Translations under genes and position numbers: made by a program
Notes under the pieces: generated by a model
What the model was told of the DNA's origin: nothing
Databases searched by the model: none
Seen by the model: only the letters and a program-made list of their open reading frames with translations
Shown: piece after piece, positions 1-14,600 of the stretch
Numbering within the stretch: the first letter of the stretch is position 1
Layout of the letters: each line of letters begins with the position of its first letter
Source: Botryllus schlosseri
Lineage: Eukaryota
Length of the DNA stretch: 64,000 bases
Direction: 5' to 3'
Assembly (NCBI GenBank): GCA_051294905.1
Contig: CM119371.1
Coordinates: forward strand, 24,802,001-24,866,000

Positions 1-257
1 TTCGTCCCTGCTCACGTAATGAATGTGCTGCATTAGGGACAATGAAAAGCATTATCAAACTTAAACATATAACTTATTCGAGTTAATGCGGATCCCGCCT
101 CAGGAATATGTAGAGTTATTGTTCTGCTATATAATCGGATGTCCTTTTTACGCCATCTCCTGCACAAAGCCATACCGCCCCCAGAGCCCAGCGCCTCCCC
201 CCCATTTCGCACCCTGAGCGTTTCCGCCCCTTCAAAATCCAAATCGCCCCTTGGCGC

Positions 258-705
258 TGATGTGGTCTCAAAATGAAGGTAAAAACGAATAAAAATTTTT
301 GGCCGCAGCCATTTCCTTCAGAACGCCACCGTAATGGAGCTGCAATTTATTGAAATTTTCACAAGACCAGCTGCCGCGGCTGCTCAACCCGTTACATGGC
401 ACGATGTCTTCATCGTCGCACTTGCTCGACGCGATATGGCAGTCACTCAGAGAACGAACTTTAGACACATTGCCTTCATAACATCGGCTGACAACTATCT
501 AAAATTCGTTCTCTGCGTGACTGCCTAATCGCGTCGAGCAAGTGCGACGGTGACGGTATCGTGCCATGTAACGGGTTAAGCAGCCGCGGCAACTGGTCTT
601 GTAGAAATTTCAATAAATTGCAGCTCGATTACGGTGGCGTTCTGAAGGGAATGGCCGCGACCCAAAATTTTGGTACGTTTTTACCTTCAATTTGAGACCA
701 CATCA
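258..705. mobile_element. Palindromic (foldback) MITE
   Basis: ~205-bp arms, tgatgtggtctcaaa...tttgagaccacatca, around a ~30-bp spacer. Confidence 0.85.
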
Positions 706-1985
706 ATTTTAGAGCGCAGTGCCCCTTTAAGGTGTTCAGTATGATGTAATCATGAAACTTGTTATATCCATAAGTGTCAAAAAAATTTCAAATTCTTTCG
801 CGGCTATTTTATTATGTTCAATGGCAAGCATTTCCAAGTGGAAGGCCATCCATCGGCATGACCTACATTGGAACATGAATAATAATACTGTTTACTTTAG
901 GCCAGGGTTTGGCAAACTTTTCAGTCTGAGTGCCGCATTCAACATCCGAGTCCGTTCTGGGGCCGCACGATAGTGAAATTCGGATAAGCGAAAACTGATC
1001 ATTTATATGTTCATATAGTAAACAATAAACATATGTTTACGACACATAAAATACTGATTTAATGATAACGCACACGCGTTAGCAACCATGACATGAAGAA
1101 ATCTACGTGTCATCCGGAAAAACACACTAATCAGAGGAATGAAAGTCAAGCATGCCGATTTTTAGAACTGGGTGCAAATGTAGATGCAGCAGATGCAGAA
1201 CGCACAATGCCGACAGAATCATAATTACGGTACCATTAAATACGCTTCAGCTTACTGTGCTACTGGGTAAAACTTGCCTTCCATATATTCGTTCTGAGAT
1301 ATCAACCAAATTTATTGTTTTCTCGAAAATTTTATAATTCGTTTGCCTTTAGATTTAATATATAGGCCCATCAGTCATACTTATTAAATGAACTCCGCAG
1401 CCGAAACGAAAATACTTTTTAGTCGATTCTTTAATACCAAAGAAGCATCCATATGCAACTTTTCGTTTTTTGTATTGAATGAGTTGTAACTAAAGTTTGT
1501 GTTGGTTTTTGTGGTATTCATGGTATTTGCCGACTGCTGTCGTCATTTACACCAGACCAATAAACTGCATTATTTTCCGTAACCGCCGACTCATAGCACG
1601 GCCCACCGCAAGGCTTTTGTAAGACACCACTTTTGCGGATGTTGCGGCGAGGAGGACCCCCAAAGTCTGTGAACGAGTTTAGACCTAACTGCACATTTAT
1701 ATGAAGCCCGCCGAATAGGTGTTTCCAAGTACAGCGCCGATAGCAATAAATTTGTTGGAGTTGACAATCCAAAATTCCACGCACATTATCCGAATTAGGT
1801 CATTTCGGTTTTGATTTTCTGGGATGTTTAGCAACCAAAACCTTTCAAAATTCGTAGGCCCCGAGTTTGGAGCAAGACTATTGCCTATAACTGTCATTCA
1901 AACGATCAAGCTTCATTTATGGTGGGTCCATGAAGTTAGTTGTTCATTGATGCAATAAAAATTTATTGCTTCGGTTACTATAAAT

Positions 1986-3293
1986 CAGTGGTCCTAAACT
2001 CAAACGTGCTGGCGAGCGAATTTCCTAGTTTTTGATGACGTCGCGAGCCGCGGCATCGATAATAGCGATATTCAATGAATATTTTACAATTAACCCTTAT
2101 TTGACGAGACCTTGCACATTTTTAAATCTTTTAAAAAATTGTTGTTGTGCCAGGCATAATTGGTTAGAATAATGCGTTATATACATCATCCGAGACGATG
2201 GATACAGCGTAAAACTGTCGGGATATAACATTGCAGCTATTCGACCTCTGAAGTGCCACGATTTTATGTAGAATATTTTGAAATTAAACTGTATATTGAT
2301 CCGATATCAAAGCATTTGAGCGGTGCAGCCTAATCCTGGTTTTGATACAGTCGTGTCGAAATAAGTAGACTATTGTTACTGTCATTGCCAAATTCAAATA
2401 AATTTAGCATCTGCCAATTATTGACCATAGTGATAGTATTGCTTCTTAACCTTGTTAGCGATCTTACCCTTATGGTACCTATAATAAAATCTAATATTCA
2501 ATTCACAGAGAACCGCGCAGAGTGCGAAGACTATTTTCCAGTTGAATAAAGTGACCAAACAAATATTCCCCATCATATAGGTCTAATCCCTCAATGCACT
2601 TCGTACACCTGATGTGGTGCTTCGTACCACGATGGGGTCTACGGACCCTGTTAAGAACCCCTGGAACAGAAATGTCCAATCGCCGAAGAATTTATTGGTT
2701 TTACTGCTGTGGAGTGTACTATTACCTTACTCGCCGCCGATAATAACTTGGATAAATACAGCAAACAGCACCCATCATGTCACCAACTACAATGGTTGCC
2801 ATAGTGGCCTGATTACATAGCTATATACGCAACGCAAGCTATACGACCTTTTTATATATTACGATTTAACATGACGGTTTCATAAATTATAAGGTCCGTA
2901 GGATTTCGAAGTCACCGTTGCGAGTCGCAAGTCCTTCTCTTATTTTAATATTTGACCCGTCTCAACACGAGTAATTTTTATCAAATCACACGGTCCATCC
3001 AAAATCTAGTAATTTCACCAAACCAGATCAATCACAAATTTCATTCGCGAATCATCAACGGGCCATGTTTTATCCTCTTGACTAGAAATGTGACGTAATA
3101 GCTGATCTTCCATCGCATTGTAGCTTTTAAAGGTGATGTGATAGTAAGGTTTTTTGAGATTCCAGTGAGTTACTAGAAGTTTTTGGGTGAACTTCAAGTT
3201 CCTATATCCAAAATAGATATATGGCACTTAAATATATTTGTGAATACTTGAATCTCCAACATGCTGTGGCGGGACGCGCGTTTGAGACCTCTG
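1986..3293. mobile_element. Old non-autonomous hAT element
   Basis: Ends cagtggtcctaaac / gtttgagacctctg; degenerate TSD ctataaat/ctatagga. Confidence 0.55.
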
Positions 3294-4150
3294 CTATAGG
3301 ACAGTGAATAAGTCGTTTTCCTAGTTCATTGAAAAGCAATATATAAATATTTGCGTCAAATCTGATTCCTGGCATAGTTTATATGCGTGAGCAAAATATG
3401 ATTGGTATGTTTCGATTACGAATTAAGCGTGAACCTTGTAGAGTAGTTCATTATAACGACAAAAGATTGCAAATTTAAAGATGAAATATGTACCGTTCGT
3501 TCGAACACAAAAAATATTCTCAGTTCGATCTAACCCAGAAGAATTCTGTATGTTTCTGCCAAAATTATGACATAACGCATTGTGGCCAAGCTACATATTC
3601 ATTACTATATACTGGTAGGTAATTTTATTATTACGACCATACTCCCGTGGAATGCGACTGCCCTTATTTTTGTGCGCAGTCCCAATTATTTTAGTTTAGC
3701 TGTGGACGCTAATTCGTTTCTTATAGCCCGAGTGATTTGCCGCTCGAGATGAAGACTGTGATGTCTTCGGAAATCTTAGGTATGTGGTGACGGCATACAT
3801 ACAGTTCGCGCTAAACAGTAAAGACTGATCAAGACCTTCTCGCGATATAGGTTTTATCGGACCCATTTATTTTAATCAAGATGCTGAAACCGATAGCTAT
3901 TTTAGGAATAAAAGTACTTAAGGAGGGGCTGCGGCTGTAAATGTGATGTCGTCTTAAACTAAAGTTTTTAGAGCGAAATATTGTTTTAAAATAGCTATTT
4001 GCCACAGCAAGTCATCGCGTTTGAACCGCAGCTAAAAGATGTTCCGGAGTTGTCATATTGCTTGTCACCGATGGCTGTGCGGCTCCGAGGTCACATGTCA
4101 TCGTATAATCCCATTGTGAAATTATATCCTGGTTCGTAGGTGACGCCCCA

Positions 4151-5118
4151 GTAGGGGAGATGTGGTACCGATGGATCACTGGGACCGAAAATACTTGGAA
4201 AAATCTCCATGATAATTCCATGATTACACTCCGTGAATTTGTCTACAATTGCATGCCGGCAGAATCTTTCCTCACATGCAACAACAATCGACCGGCGTGA
4301 GTTATGGGGTCTGTGACGAATGATTTACGTTTTAGGGGGTGTAAAGTAAATTTGGATCGACATTTGCATTTTTCTATATCACCTTTCAGACTAACAAACC
4401 CGCCATAATTTTTGATGTGAAGTATAGGGCTTGTATCAGGCTATATAATGGCACATATATTTTTAATCAATACCATACTCGAGTGGACTATATTCAAGTC
4501 AATTACAATATTTATGGGGTGGGGGACCTATGGTATCATGGTCAAATCAAGCAAAATAGATGGACCAACTAATCACTTAACAACAGAAACTCGCCTACAT
4601 ATATATAGGCTGTAAATCATAGTTACCTGTGGTGTTTTATCGCTATTACGAGGTATTTGAAAGTCAAAATGTCGATTTGCGGGTAATATTTATGTGGCAA
4701 TAATTTTGTAAATTTTAGCGTAAATCAAAGCAAGATTTTATGCCAACATTTGAGTTGATATAATCTAATTTATTCAGGAAGGTCGCAACGAAACATTCTT
4801 CATTTATTTGCTGTAGCTTAGCTTATAGTACACAACAAAACAAGTGAACAAATTTGATTTTTTGAGCGTATGTCTCATAGGTCCCATGGTCGTGTGCCTT
4901 TGGACCCACCGGGTGGGGACCGATGACACGATCGAGCAACAAATTTTAAACGTTTTTAAATATTTTTTGAAAAGGCGGATATTCATGTAAATGTCTGCGA
5001 TAGGTAGAGCTTGAATCGAAGTGTTGAGACAGCAAAAGATCTGCTATTCTCGGCTGAAGATTTGAGGGCCAGAGATCATTTTGCAATTTTTGATCCATCG
5101 GTACCACATCTCCCCTAC
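4151..5118. mobile_element. Non-autonomous DNA transposon with perfect 28-bp TIRs
   Basis: gtaggggagatgtggtaccgatggatca (4151-4178) is the exact reverse complement of 5091-5118. Confidence 0.85.
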
Positions 5119-5571
5119 GTAATATAAGCTGATAACCATGACATATTCATCGCTTGGTCGCGTCGAGAATCTGTAACAGCGAAGTATTTTATTTATCTGC
5201 ATAAAGCAGTATCAATATCATTATTTGTAGTAGTGAAGTATCATTAGCAAGCAACACTTTGTCTACATCGTCTTACTGAATCAAGGACTGCAATATTTAG
5301 TAAAAATAAAACAATATAATTGACTTATACAATATTCAATTAGAGCGCACGTCGATAACACATCGATAAATCTGTTGCAAGTGGAAAGATTCGATCAGAA
5401 AGCCATAGCACAGATTTCATTGTCTGGACGACAGTCAGCATTTCGCAATCTCAGCTAACATCTGTCCCCACACATATTTAACGGATATCAACACGACAGC
5501 TAACTATCTAAAAGTGTAGTTGCTGATTACCAAGCGAATATCACAATCAAAAAAGATATCAAACTGTTTCA

Positions 5572-5638
5572 ATGGCAGAAGGGGGTCACGATCCACGTGC
5601 TCAGGAAATCAGCTCATCATCGAAGCCTAGCATTGCAA
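5572..5638 (+). CDS. NLR exon 1 (MAEGGHDPRAQEISSSSKPSIA)
   Basis: ATG at 5572, open frame, donor AA|GTGAGC; phase 1 matches exon 2. Confidence 0.6.
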
Positions 5639-8600
5639 GTGAGCATTTATTTTTGATAATATGGTCGTAATAGGAAATATAAATTGATTGCGAATGCATA
5701 TAGCGGTCGTTCCTCCATTAATATCCTAAATGTCTTTAATACTCCACATTGTCCAAATGCTACTGTCTCGACAATACCAGCTATATTCGGGATCCTCTAT
5801 CGTTGATTTGGCCATCGGCAGGTAGTGACGACCTGCGAAATAGTTTGCCTTTATCTGCCTGTTTATCTACGCTTTCAGATGAGATGATCATTGATTGATG
5901 CCAGGTGTGCATCCATCATTCATAGCGCGAATTGTCGTGCGTTGCATTTCCTGTCATTATGATACTGGATTGATGCCTTCATAGAGAAATTACTGATTCT
6001 TTGGATTCCAATTAATTATGTTCAGAGAAATATTTGTTACTTACTGACACAACGATTTGTATCCTCTTAGGACATGCACTATTGGCTGAAGGTGATCAGG
6101 TCATTCAATACTTTGAAAATTGTACCGTGAACGTTGTTGCAGGAGACCAGTACACGACGGTCATTAACGGTAAGCAGATGTGATCGTTAACAAAGTACTC
6201 ATAGTTTTTGGGGTAACCGGATGTAACGCCCAGAGCCTGCCTGCCAAATTCCTGCCCGGACGCTTGAATTCATACGAAATGCCCCTGCAGCTATTCAGAT
6301 CAATATGCGGAATTCTTCCGGAATGAATTTACAGAATTATGGAATAATGTCACACCTAAAAAAACACCATTATTTTAAAGGCCGTTGTTTCAAAACACCG
6401 TTTGTTTCGAATGCAACCCTATACAATACATATTCGGTGATTCTCCCTTGATGGAATGCTGTTGCAATCGCCGAAGCTGTTTCAGTTAGTGAGAAATAGT
6501 GATGTTGCGCACATGAAATTAGCTTATTTCTGAAAAAATGAACAATACAAAGTAGAAACAATTTCAGCATTTTAAAATGCAATACTTTTTTGTAACAGAG
6601 ATACCTGTTGCACCAGGCAGTCCTGGAAACAAGTCGGAGCAACAACAGATAAGACTGGAAGCACGTAAGTTACTCTAAAACATTCCATTGGGTTTTATGG
6701 TGTTCAATGTGGATAGAATATATAATTCGTATCAAACGATATTGGTTATACGAAAAGCCGGGAATTGCGCGAGTTGCACCAAGTTCGCTTTAGAGTTCAG
6801 TGACTTCTCACCAATGGCATGGGAGCAAATACCTCATTGGAGATAAAGACTCCCATAAAATAAGACTAACAAATATATAAAGCCTAAAAATTCAGCTGGC
6901 TGATTCATCGGAGGCATCGTTACTTGTCGCGTTAGTACTGATAACTAGGGCCATTTAAAGTCATTAAAGTCATATTTTTTTCTATGCATCAGTAAGTCGT
7001 GAAATCAATTTTAACGCGAAAACCACGTCCCTATGGGGTATATTTAGAAAGTTATAAAGTCATATAAAGTCATATTTTCCTGGTTAGGTCATATTTGAGT
7101 TATAAAGTCATATTGTTGTATACTTTAAATAAAAAGTGCCAATTTAGGCGGTGAAGCAATTAAGCACTAAGAAAGTAGGGCCATTTCTGATTGAACGAAG
7201 TCAAGCTGTAAGGTTAGCCTACATCATATTACAGCCAGAGACCTATGAGGTGACACATTGCATTATGAGGTCGCACATTGCATTGTGATGCTACACAATC
7301 TGTTATACTTCTGTGCACGGAAGTAGGACGTCATTTGAAGTTCAGTCAGTGGGTAGGCAGGCTAGAAAGCTCTATCTTGGTCTAGTTATATACAAATATA
7401 TTTGGATTTGAATAAAATAGTATTAGCGATGGGCACCACGATAATAAATATTTGAAGAATAGGTCACCGAAATATGCCTCCACTACAACAATATTTCAAA
7501 CTTGATACAGAAAATGGAAAGTTGTACGTACACCATCAGAGAGGCTAATGCTGATCTAAATGCTCTTGATTTCAGAAAAGATCCGCTTGAGCTCAAAAAT
7601 TACATTAAGAAGCGAGTAGACAAAAACGATGTGAAACAAATTATGGAGCTACAAAGGCAAGATATTTCACCAGCGCTGTATGCAAAACTGCAAAAGTGTC
7701 AACCCACATTAGCGTCTGTGGAGCGCTCATTTTCCTTACTAAAGTCATTTTACGTCCAAATTGTCACTTTAAGGACTCCAACATTCCACACAACATGAAA
7801 CTGTACTACAACAGTGGTTTAAAATAAAAAATGGATACGTAATACTGCTATGTTGCGTATGTTTTACTCGTCAGTTCCATGAGTGACGTTGGTTACATGT
7901 AAAAATACACCATTTTCACATAAAGTCATATAAAGTCATATTTTCCATAAAATAAAGTCATATAATTGATTTTTTAAGGTCATATAAAAATGGCCCTACT
8001 GATAACGCATTCGTAAGAAGATACTATATTCAGTCTGCAGTGAAAGTGGGTATAGCATAGACATTGAAGCTACATAGCAGCTGTGAAATAGTTGTCGGAC
8101 TCCCTAACTTCACGATATATACCCACCGCCAGTTCACGAAGTCGTCAACACCTAGCAGATTATTTCACTGTGATGCACATAATATCGGATTTTAAAGTTT
8201 CAAATCAGTGCAACCGTGTCTGTCTTGAAATGTGTCATCACCTAGCACCTGTATATAAATAAATTTCGTTTGAACTCTTGAAGGGGTTTTGATGTTCCTA
8301 CCTTGTTGGTATATGGAATTTCGTCATTGATATGACGATGACATGGATTAATACCACGCAGTTAGGTCAGGGCGTCATATAGAATACTTATAAGCAACTT
8401 GTGATGAAAACACGTGATGCTTATGGCTGTCTGAATTATTTACCAGGTTTCCATGTTCTATAATAATAATAGAATAAAATCGGGGAATATAAAGAGTATG
8501 GATTCCGCAATTATACTATGACAACAGGAACAGGCCCGATTGCCCATGCGGTATAGCCTATGTTGTTGAATTGCGCCATCACATGCAAGGCTTGGCAAAT

Positions 8601-11600
8601 CTATGGCCTCTTTAGTATTGATGTTTAAAATAAGTCATCCATAAAATGCAAATAAGTCTTGCACATTCGAACAATCGTGGAATGTGCTCATTATTATTTT
8701 TTGCTTATCTAGAAACGATGGGGCAGTAGATACGTCACCTTGCTTGTCCCTGCGTCATTACTTACTAATTCTTTCAAGCCGCGGACTGATTGCTATTAGC
8801 TTCGTATGACATGTTACCCACGTTCTGGGCCGTTCAGAGTAGCCGTGATAATTAACATTTATCACCCTCAATGTACCCATCATATAAATTAGTAGACTAT
8901 TTTTCTTGACGAAAAAATTCAGAAGTGCAGTCGATGTGATGTTGACCCGCCCAATTTCCAACAGTCGTGATGGGATCAAATCAGTTAACAACTTCTCAAT
9001 GTAGGCTATCCTACTAACGACTTTGGAGTCCAATCTATTATGTCGACTATAGAATCTAGCGATGTCCATATACGATCGACCTAATGTCAGGCTATGTCAG
9101 GGAAAATACTGGACATGTTTTAAACATTAGAGCGATACCGAATTCATTTTGTTCAGTATCCCCCCCCCCCCCCCCAAAAAAAAAAAACTTTCATTCAGAT
9201 TTCACTGCCTATGTCATTAAAGTGCTAGGTCGGTTAAAACAACGATGCACGCCAAATTTGTCTCAATTTCCACCAGTAAAAGCGAGATTCTTGCAGTTGA
9301 AAGTTTTCAATTTATTATTAAAATATGAAAATAAACTTTCAAAATTTTTCTGTCAATTTCATAAAATTGTTAGTCTGTCAGTAGAAGTGATGTACAACAA
9401 ATTCTACTGGTTTGAATTGAACCAAACTTCGTGTGCATCATCTCTACTGAGAGCCTAACAATTTTATGTGGTCGGGAGAAAATTTGAATTTTTTTATATT
9501 TATTTTTGTTATGTTCTTGATCTTGTTTGAACAATAACTCAATGCGACGAGGTTGCAATACAGAATCAGTATATTACCAGCAGAATAACTTTAAGGCAGC
9601 GACACGATCCAGAGTGCAGTTAAATGAAAAGACCACGAGACAATAGAACACAGGATATAAATACAAGCACGACACACGAGGAAATAATGATTGGCGGTAA
9701 TTACTAATCCTATAGAAAGAAAGAGTTGCACGACACTAAAACGTAAATGCACGAACATAACAGTCCTCCCCTATAAGTTGAGAGGGTTGCCCACATTCAC
9801 GTAGGTATGTAGAAATCGGTTGGCTTTCTGTCCCTAAGAGGATAACGTCTACCCGACGTATGAGAAGGATTAGATGCAGGACCTTGTGCCCTGTTCCTAA
9901 CCAATGGTTGCTCAGCTTGCGACTGCGGAGGCTGAGCAACTTCCTGTGTAGCTGTATTATTATGGCCAGCTGAAATCAAGCGTGGTTGGAGTTGGTTTTT
10001 GTGCCTCCTCCAATACCCATGATCCGTTTTTATCATGTACACAACACGCCCCAGTATTTCCGTCACCACGCCAGCAACCCACTTTGGTCCTCTTCGGTAA
10101 CTGCGAGCGTAAACCGAGGAAGCAATCTCGAAATGAGTGACTGATTGTCTAGGCGTAACGGGTTTCGATTTATCGAAGGGCGAGCACAAACTTAACAAAT
10201 TGCGTGACTGCCGACCATGTAAAATCTCGGCAGGCGTTTTCCAGTCTATGCCCGGGTGCGGTGCACATTGGTACGTAGCGAGAAGCGTTTGGGTCGCGAA
10301 GTTGAGATCTTTTCCCCCGTCGCAATTTTTTATCAATCCAGCTTTCAAAGTCTGGACGAATCGCTCCGCTTCCCCGTTCGAGTCAGGGTGAAAAGACGGT
10401 GATACGATAAAGCTGATTGCCAAATTAGAACAAATGGTATCGAATTCATTCGATGTGAATTACGGCCCGCCATCCGTGACAATTGTTATGGGCAAGCCTT
10501 CGATAGAGAAGACTTCCCTCAAAGCGTTGACCACACACGAGGTTGTAGTAGAACCGACATTCATTACTTTAACGAAAGGATATTTCGAATGCGCATCGAC
10601 GATGACAAGAAACATTTTATAGTTTATTGGACCTGCGTAGTCCAAGTGAATCCGTTCAAAGCTTTCAGAAGTTTTTGGCCATTCGCGATACTGACGATCA
10701 GGCGCTTTCATTACCTTACGGCAAGCGTCGCAACTCTTAACGAGATTTTCAATGTCGCGATTAATGGAAGGCCATGCGATGTAACGTCGAACCATCTGCT
10801 TCATTTTCGCGATACCCCAATGTCCTTCGTGCAATAATGATAAGACTCGCGAGCGAAGTGACTGCGGAATTACTACGTGCTGAAAACCATAAATATTGAG
10901 CATGACTATGTCTTCGTGCAGAGAAAGCGAATGTTTGCGAGTAGAAAACCAAGAAAAATCATCAATATGCGTCTTTGGATTCCAATTACTATGAGTGACA
11001 GATAATTTTGCTAGTTTCATGGTTTTGTCCTTCAGCGTCGCGTCGCGAATTTCATTGCGAGTTAACGGTAAGCCATCGAATGCCATATTAATAGCGTGAA
11101 CGATCTCCGCGTTTTCACGAATTTCCAATTCGTCAAACTCAGGGTCTGGACCCTTTGGTAGGCGAGATAAACCGTCGGCGTTTCCGTCCTGATTAGTCGG
11201 TTTATAGCGAATGTCATATTGGTAAGCCATGAGCGTTAGTGCTCATCGCTGTAAGCGTTGCGCTGTAATCACGGGAATTTTCTTGTCCGGCGAGAAAATA
11301 GCTAAAAGCGGTTTGTGGTCCGTTACGAGCGTAAATTTTCGGCCATACAAGAATTGACGAAATTTAGTGACTCCGTAAATGATTGACAGAGCTTCCTTCT
11401 CTATTTGAGAGTAGGATTTTTGCGAATCGGAAAGTGTTTTCGATGCGTGCGCGATGGGTCTCTCTTCGCCATTGTGCTCGATTAAGAGGACAGCGCCGAT
11501 TCCGAATTGAGAAGCATCAGTTGACAAAATGAGCTGATTGTTTATATCATAATGAGCTAACTGCGTAGCGTCGATAACGTTTTTGAGAATGCGAAAAGCT

Positions 11601-14600
11601 GCGTCACAGTCCGTATTCCAAATGAATTTCGCGTCTTTTTGAAGAAGGCGATATAACGAAGCGGCTTTATTCGTAAAATTAGGAATAAACGCGCGATAAT
11701 AATTGACTTTGCCCAGGAATGCCTGTAGCTGGCGAACATCCTGAGGTTTAGGCAACTGTTTGATTGCTTCAACGGATTTGTGAGACGGGCGTTTGCCGTC
11801 CTTGTCGATTATGTGACCAAGATACTCGATACTACTTTTGAAAAATTCACATTTCGCGAAGTTGACGGTGAAACCATATTCGGTGAGGCGCTCAAAATGT
11901 AGCGATAATTTGCGAAAATGATCGCGTTCATCAATGCCAGTAACGATTATGTCATCGATAAAATTAGCAACACCAGGTAAGCCGGCGATCATGGCATCAA
12001 TACAGCGTTGAAAATTTGCGGGACTAGATGCGACTCCGAAACACATGCGGCGATAACGGAATAGACCGAATTGCGTGTTGATGACACACAAATTCGTCGC
12101 ATCATCATCTAATTCTAGCTGAAAATAAGCATCGGCAAGATCAATTTTCGTGAATATACAACCACCCTGTAACTTGTTAAGAATTTCACCCAAGGAGGGC
12201 AGGGGATGTTGATCTATCTGAATTTTTTGATTCAATGCTTTGAAGTCACCACAAATGCGTACTGATCCATTTGATTTAGTGACGGCAACAATTGGTGCTG
12301 CCCAATCACTGTAATTGATTGGTTCGAGGATACCTTGATTGACTAATCTATCCAATTCGGTTTGAACAGCGATTTGCCTTGCGAAAGGCAAAGGGCGCGG
12401 CTTGTTGAATACGGGCTTGGCATTAGGTTTCAAGTGAATTGTCACCTTTGTCTTGGTGCATCGTCCTAATACATTAGAGAAAACGGAGGGAAATTTGGAC
12501 TGAAAAGATACCAATTTGTCGTTCGAATCAGAAATGTCAATAGTATTACATGATTGCGATTTGACCATCTGCGAGGAAATTGCATCCAAAGCAGACGTTC
12601 CCTTAGCGGTCATGGAGAAAGCAAGCGGTCATGGAGAAAGCATCGCTCCAATCGAGACCAAAAATGTTTTTCCCACGGTGTTCGTCGAGAACTACCAATT
12701 TTAAGCCAACTCGAACTTCAGAACCCACCTGCACTGTTACAGTGCAAATACCTTTCACTTTCAGTGGCTTGTCGCCATACGCTACGAAAGAGAAATGGTA
12801 TGCTGAGAGTTTCGGAGAGCCCAATGTTTTGTACCCAGTCAATCCCACCATGGCGGAGGGTGCACCAGTGTCCCACTGTGTCGGCAACGGAATGCCGTTG
12901 ATGCTGGAGTTGATCCAGAGCTGGTTTCCTACGCGTCGATATAGTTCAGTGGTTCCCAACCTTTTTCATCTCGTGCCTCCCTTGGCCGAAATTTAAGCCA
13001 AAATTCCCCCCTTAGAATAAATCTGCCCGATGATTAAAAAAGATGATTTTACCGCGCAAACACCTGTTGATTGAGAGAATAAGACGGGCTGTACCTAGTG
13101 TTTGTTTCTAGCAGTGCTGTAATAACACTTTACAGACCTCCAACAACAATGGTCGTGGTCCCAATCAAACAAATTCTGGAGGCTTGACTCGACAGACCCC
13201 CACACTTCCATTTGTGTTTTCGGCTTACCATGTACCAATCGCTTGCGTATGCATTTGGCCAATAATATTGGTACTTTCACATATGGCAGAGTTGACCAGA
13301 CTCGAGTCTGACTCGAGTCACCATTTTCTGATGACTTGACTTGACTCGAGTCATTTTCTCAAAATACGGAAACGACTCGACTCGACCCGAGACAATCTGG
13401 GTATTGACTCGACTTGGACTCGAGTCATTGTGCATGACTCAAACCAAGCCATATGACTCGAGACTACAAGACGGCCAAGACCGACATTTCATTGTAATTT
13501 CGAAGAACAGTAAAGTGACAACCCAATCGGAATTTCGTCTAGTGATCTTGGTACTTGACAGTTGACACTGCGACAAGAAACTGCTCAAAGTGTGGAAAAT
13601 TAGTGTATCACAAATCCAAATCATTCAATATCACCAAACAGTGTTGACTTGAGTGTGACTTGGACTCGGACTTGAGTCATAATACCATGACTCGGACTCT
13701 ACCCCGTGCTCGGTGACTTGGACTCAGACTTGACTCAATGGTGAATTGAAAGTGATTCGAATTGACTCGAGTCAAAATTATGTAAGTGAGAATAATTTGT
13801 GACTCAGAGCCTCGGGACTTGGTTACAGCATTGATACTTAACGTACACGTGTTCAGATTCCCTGCTGGAACTCCTTGGAAATTAGGACATCCATTACGTT
13901 TCGGCATCATTGCACCGAGTTTAACATTTTTTTTTTCGATCAGGTTGCTGTTCACTAAAAATAAAGCAAGGCTAGCGATCTCTTTGACTTGAATCGATGA
14001 CGTTGAAATATTTTGTCACTGTCTGAAAATGTTGACTTGGAAATATAAAATATATATTTTCACCAGAGGCCTTGTTGTGATAGATTCGGCACGCCATTTG
14101 CTCGCTTAGGATACATTTGATTGAGAGGCCGTCGCTGGCCTACAAAATTGCAGAAAATCTGAACTAGTTTGAGAAAGGGGGGATTGGTATGTGAAAAAGA
14201 GATTTCAAATAGCATTTGAACATACTTTCAGCAAACAAAAAACAGGCATAAGGAGCATGCGTTCGAATATAACTGGTTGAATACATGACAGTTCGGACAT
14301 GAAAAATTCGGGAAATCCGTTACAATTCTAAAGTGGAATTCCTCCCTAAAAATTGCAAAATTCCCCCCAAGGGGGGAATTCCTCCCCCGTTGGGAACCAC
14401 TGATATAGTTGGTCGATGTCGAAGGAGAGGAGTGGCACTGAGCAGAAATTGACGGATGTGACCTGTTGCGTGATACTAGGTTTGGTAGACATGCACACAG
14501 GTTTGATATGACCTTTACGACCACATTTCTGACATACTGCATGTCGATATTGACAGTCTTTTCTCTGGTGATCGATGAAACAGCGGCTGCAGGATTTCGG

